Part shown: piece after piece, positions 58,240 through 64,000 of the stretch | How the letters are laid out: every line of letters starts with the position of its first letter | Position numbering within the stretch: position 1 is the stretch's first letter | Source: Eledone cirrhosa | Taxonomy: Eukaryota | DNA length: 64,000 nt | Reading direction: 5' to 3' | Assembly (NCBI GenBank): GCA_964016885.1 | Contig: OZ024745.1 | Span: 87,048,001-87,112,000 of the forward strand | Program-made: the position numbers and the translations under genes | The notes under the pieces: model-generated | Told to the model about the DNA's origin: nothing | Seen by the model: the letters and a program-made list of their open reading frames with translations, nothing else | Databases searched by the model: none

Positions 58240-58301
58240 ATTTTGTCTGATGAAGGCATACCATATTTTTAATATGATATCCCTGAAATATATAGTGAAA
58301 T
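58240..58301 (+). ncRNA. Minimal type I hammerhead (54-kb family)
   Basis: ATTTTGT-CTGATGA-AGG…CCT-GAAA-TATA-TA-GTGAAAT. Confidence 0.8.
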
Positions 58302-58654
58302 AAATATGGTTTTATAAATATAGTTTCCATTTATTTAATATCGTAAATATACTCCAAATACTTGTTGAGTGCTTTTATATCAGATATAAATATTTACTCG
58401 TTGTAACCCAACAATTTAAATAAAACTTTGCATATATTATATATATATATATTATATATATTTATATATAATATATATATATATTTATATATATATGTAT
58501 TGTATATATAATATATATATATATAATATATATATATATTATATATATATATTATATATATATTATATATATATATATATTATGTATATATATTATATAT
58601 ATTATAAATATCTATTATATATATATATTATATATATATTATAAATATATATTA

Positions 58655-59415
58655 AACGGAAAAAATGAAACGAAATTTCATTTCCCTCTCTTAGTACGGC
58701 TGTTACTTAAATGTAAGTATGTACACGTACATACATATATGTATACAGACGTACAATAGTATGTATATATATATATACATACATGCACACATATATATAT
58801 GTACGTATGGATTCACCGAACATTTATTATAATGCTCGGCGTATTTGTAAACAAACATCCCGTATTAAGCCGTAGTGTCTAGCACCCATCGTTGCTCGTT
58901 TCTTCAACACTGACAAAGGAACGCTGTACTAGTTTCAAGCTTATTAGCTATCGTCAGCAACGTATACCTTCCTGCCAGATTATCGAACGTATATACTTAC
59001 CTTATGCATATTAACGGCTGAGTAGCCCAATTTGCATATCGATTGGGTTATTCAGCCGGGTTCACAGAAAACGATAAACGGAAAAAATGAAACGAAATTT
59101 TTATTTCACACTCTTAGTACGGCTGTTACTTAAATATAAGTATGTATACATACATACATATATGTATAGAGATGTACAGTAGTATGTATATATATATATA
59201 TATATACATACATGCACACATATATATATGTACGTATAGATTCACCAAACATTTATTATATTGCTCGTTGTGTTTGGAAAGGAACATTCCGTATTAAGCC
59301 GTAGTGTCTAGCAACCACCGTTGCTCGTTTGTTCAACACTGACAAAGGAACATGTTTCAAGCTTGTTAGCTATCGTCAGCAACGTATACCTTCCGGCCAG
59401 ATAGTTGAACGTCCA
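58655..59415 (-). repeat. Hammerhead satellite, ~1.7 reverse units
   Basis: Intact HHR at 58921-58963(-); the second copy (~59350-59385) has lost the 3' arm of stem I. Confidence 0.85.
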
Positions 59416-59461
59416 CAAATACACATCTATACCCCCATATATACATATACATTTACACACG

Positions 59462-59573
<112 letters not shown>

Positions 59574-59616
59574 TACTCATACATACATATATACATTTAC
59601 ATCCATATACACACAC

Positions 59617-59649
<33 letters not shown>

Positions 59650-59660
59650 CATACAGATAT

Positions 59661-59790
<130 letters not shown>

Positions 59791-59856
59791 CTATATAGAT
59801 ATATAGATATATATATAGATATATATACATTTATATGTATATATTAGTCCAGAATT

Positions 59857-59900
59857 AGCCGTGGAAACGGCTTGAGCTCAGCCGTCGGGGTCCTACTCGT
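59857..59900 (+). mobile_element. Candidate Helitron 3' end
   Basis: Hairpin ACGGCT-tgagctc-AGCCGT, a 10-nt spacer, then CTCG|T (one mismatch from CTRR|T). Confidence 0.35.
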
Positions 59901-59915
59901 TCCTCTCTCTCTCTA

Positions 59916-59950
<35 letters not shown>

Positions 59951-60284
59951 CATACATACACTTACACACATACATATACAACAATATACATATACACATA
60001 CATAAAAATATACATATAAATATATATATACATACACAAACATAGACAAACATAAACATATTTCCATATCATACATAGATGTATATTTTTACTCATGCAA
60101 TTACGTGTGCTTGTGTATCTTGTTGCCTTTAGTCATTAAGACATAAATCTAAGGAAGCTAGTACATTAAAAGGCAAAAATAAGCATGAAAGCATATAATT
60201 AGGGGAAAGAGGTACTAATAAAAGTCATTCTGTACGGAATTATAGTGAGTTGCTATTTAGAATATTTAAGTAGGTATACAGTAT

Positions 60285-61465
60285 CTAATTAGGTTTATAG
60301 TATTTAAATGTTTTTCGTATACATTGATTACAGTCTATGATCAAATCCTGTCTTTTATTTAATAAATCGTCCTTAGATTTAGTAATTTCCAAGATCTCTC
60401 CTTAACATAATCTGCATTCCTTCCTGTTCCCAAGATATGGACTTTTTTGTAGAATGGTGTTCCATGATGACTTGAAATCTATTTTTTTCATTTTATAATT
60501 ATTTACCGCTTCAGCTAAATATGTGGTGTTTGCTAGTTTAGTATTGTTGAAACTACTAGAGTGTGCGTAAAATCATTTCTTAAATGTGTTTGATGTAGAT
60601 CCTATATATGTTTTGTTGGAGTCTGCAGTAGACGCAGTGCATTTATATATTACATTATTAATCAAACAGTCTCCATTTAAGGGGCAAATGCTTCTATGTC
60701 TGCAATTACAGCCATACGGTAGATGGTTTTGGGGGGTGCCTATACTATTCTCATTTATCATTGAGCTATTCCTATTGTAATTAATGATAGCAGGAGAATG
60801 AAGGTTGCTTTGTGGGTGGTTTGGTGCCAGAGTTGTATTATAATTTTGTGTTCTGTTGTTTTTGTGTTGGTGATTTGGGTGGTAGTGTTTTCTAGGTTGA
60901 AGTGTTGTATTATATGTCTTTTTAAAAGGTGCAGTCCTATTCAAATTATGTTGGGGTGGTGTAGTATATTATTTTTAAGTTTATAGATGTTGTAGCTGCT
61001 TATTTTTTGTTTTAGATTGCTTGATGTAGAGTATGAGAATTTTACAGTATATTTGTTAAATATTTGGTGGTATCTGTGGTTTGGTGGAAAATGTTTATGT
61101 AGTATTTCAAAGAATTTTTGGGGGATTTGTCCAATAGTTTGCAGGTTGAAGGGTGCGTCGTACCATGTTATGCTTCGTTTGCGGTTTTTAGTAAAATTTT
61201 TATTATCCCTTATATTATTGTGTTGTGTTCCAGAAGAATTCCTATGGTTAGTGTCCTTATTTGTGGAATTTGGTAAATAATTCGTGGTAAATAATTCGTG
61301 GTTGTATTTGGTGTTATTGTTGGGTAGATTATGAGATTTTGAGTGCTCGGTATTCATATGTTGGTTGATAACATTGGTCATAGATCGTGTAGTAATAATT
61401 GTTGTGGTTTTTCGGTTGTTTGTTGTAATAGGAATAACCACTTTAGGTATTACACCAAACAACCG
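60285..61465 (-). mobile_element. Penelope-like element 3, 5'-truncated, related to element 1
   Basis: ITWYDAPFNLQ, HFPPNHRYHQIFN, CNCRHRSICPLNGDC, YIGSTSN; ends …YKPN* like element 1; contains stops. Confidence 0.88.
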
Positions 61466-61494
61466 AAAAAGTAAGTATGATGTCAATCTCATTA

Positions 61495-64000
61495 TTGGCT
61501 AAGGAGTTGCATCTGGATAGATTTACCCACCCTTATGTACCAACAACCCCAAGGTTCTCTCTCAAGGATCATAAGCTAAACTTTATAGAGAACCCATATA
61601 TTAGACTTATAAGCCCAACCACATCCGATTTATAAGCCCAACCACATCCTTGATAGGAACATCCCTGGGCTACGAGATGATATCACCTACAAGGTGTGGT
61701 CTAACACCGGCCAAGACATTAGATGGTTCTCCGATCTAAGGTTCATCCAATTTGACATCGACAGTTATTACGCTTCAATAACCCGGGACTGTTCAACAAA
61801 GCATTAACCCTAGCCAGCACCAACTCGGACATAACCAATAATGAGATTGACATCATACTTATGGTTAGGCAGACCATCATTGAATTCAACGGAGCACTCA
61901 GGACTAGACAAGACAGAACAGACAACTTTGACATCACGATGGGCTCAAGTGACTCTGCGCAAATCACCGATTTAGTTGGAATTTACTTATTACATAACAT
62001 CAGAGCCGAAATCCAACCCTTGCAAGGCGGAATATACAGGGACGACGCCCTATTTGCAGTCCACAATTGCACTAATCCGGGCATTGATTTGCTAAAAAAC
62101 AATTACATAGATTCTTTAAAAATAACGGTCTGTCTATCAGCATCGAGCCGAACCATAAAGTAGTAAACATCCTAGACGTCACCCTGGATCTCAACAATAA
62201 CCTATATTACCCTTACCATAAACCAGGTGAAATACTCACATATATTAGCCCACACTCTAACCACCCACCGGCAGTCATCAGAGTAGTAATCAAATCTATC
62301 TCGTATAGGATCTCTATGCTATCAGCAAATATTTATAAACCATGCACCATATTATAATAAGGCTCTTTCTGAATCTGGTTATTTACTACATACCTAAAAG
62401 GCCATAACACAGCAATTCACCATAATAAACTTAACACTAGAACTAAAAATACCTTAGCATATAGCCAGATTCGCCGGAATTTTAGCAGTAACAGTACCTA
62501 TACAGGGAATTTTAATGTGGCAGCGGCCTACTCCCTACTCCAAGTAGAAAACTAAAAATCAACTCTAGAATAGGAATGAGAAATGGGATCACAAATAACA
62601 AATCCCCAGGTAATAATAACCCTAGGAAGGCCGCTACTAACCCCACTAGAACCCCTAGAAGGAATAGGCCTAGAAATATCACCTGGCTTAACCCCCCATT
62701 CTCATCTAATCTACCCACTAATATCCCTAAACGCTTCTTCTCTATCCTATCTAAAATCCCCCCCCCCCAACCATAGATATTACAAACTCTTTAAAAAAAA
62801 TAACATTAAAATCTCATTCTCCACGACCCCTAACCTAGCCTGCCACATCGCATTCAGTAACCATCATAAACTAAGACAGTATAACTCCCACACCGCGGTA
62901 CCACCACCCCTATCAAATACACCACGCCACTACACCAATACTTACTCTAGTAGCACACCTCCCCCATCTAATCCTTCTAACACTGACCAACCGCTTAGGT
63001 TAAACTACCCTACTCACTAACCGCAGAAGCAACTGCAACTGCCGTTACCCTAATGCATGCCCACTAAATAGACACTGCTTGACACCCAACATAGTCTATA
63101 GGTACACGATTAAAACTGCTTCGAATACCAGCTCCTATATCAGGTCTACCTCCAACCCTTTTAAGGTACGCTATTACGCGCACTATTTTTCCTTCCGAGA
63201 CCCCCCTAAAAACAGATGTTCGACATCTCTAGCTAGGTTAATTAAAAACCTTAAATTAACACTCACTAACATGGGATATCTTAGCTAGGGCCCAACCATT
63301 CAATGGAGGAAGAAAATCTTGTGATCTCTGTATTACCGAAGCATATTACATAACTCTATCACGACCTCTACCGATTAACGATAGAACGGAGGTAACTATT
63401 AGCTGTCAACATCTAGGGGCTAATTCCTTCGCCAACAGAATATTTGACCCAACATAGTCAACTAGCCCCATTTTTACTTGTAGCTAATATGTTAAATAGC
63501 TATAACTAACTTAGATAATAATAAGTTACCTCACCTACATTGTCTCTCAATTAAAACATTTAAAAAAATGGCACTTAACTATAAACAACCCACAATTTCT
63601 AATCGCTCGAGGAGTTACTTCCCCTAAAACCACCCTCTAATTAGTAAGGTAAATATGTCCATTGGCGGCTATCTTGTTACCCATAGGCAGATCTCACACA
63701 ATGCCGCCTCGACAGATGAATACTCCTTGAATATGGCTGACAATTGATACACCCAGGACACCATAGTGAAATACCAATATATGGAACATTACATTATGTA
63801 ACATTCTCTCCGTATTTTAATTTATATTCTTTTGAAGTTCCGATGAGCCGATCTGTTTTTAAATATGTTAATTATTTTCAACTGAACCAGATCAATAATG
63901 ATATATAGTCATTTGATCCAGAAATATTATATGGAGTAGCGAAACAATTGTAAACGGACATTATTATTATTAATATTAATATTAAGGGGGGTTGATTGGC
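61495..64000 (+). mobile_element. Penelope-like element 4, degenerate, with 3' HHR
   Basis: LKDHK, FDI, MGSSDSAQITDLVG, YRDD, WLNPPFS, CNCRYPNACP; coding ends ~63460. HHR 63837-63955: GTT-CCGATGA-GC…GC-GAAA-CAATTG-TA-AAC. Confidence 0.85.

Overview
Eukaryotic, very AT-rich, microsatellite-saturated DNA. The repeat content (tRNA-derived SINEs, (AT)n/(TAA)n/(ACC)n arrays, Penelope and LINE families) suggests a coleoid cephalopod such as Octopus; this is an inference. Almost all listed ORFs are simple-repeat artefacts. Supported content: (1) four Penelope-like elements (RT + GIY-YIG, Naiad-like) plus a fragment; (2) two tandem Tx1-type LINEs and R4/Dong RLE-LINEs stacked in one (ATT/TAA)n tract; (3) a maT/mariner remnant, SINEs, MITE-like ends and candidate Helitron ends; (4) two phase-compatible exons of a secreted protein that may be an animal heme peroxidase; (5) a 7-kb 26-bp-unit ACC satellite. 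The main result is roughly 30 hand-folded type I hammerhead ribozyme (HHR) motifs in many families. Twelve sit in a ~400-480-bp tandem satellite whose units carry a minimal, dimer-type HHR with covarying stem I and an octamer motif (a retrozyme-like element). Several HHR families occur as fold-back insertions in (AT)n, the signature expected of Penelope-driven mobilisation. All RNA structures were paired by eye and no searches were run.
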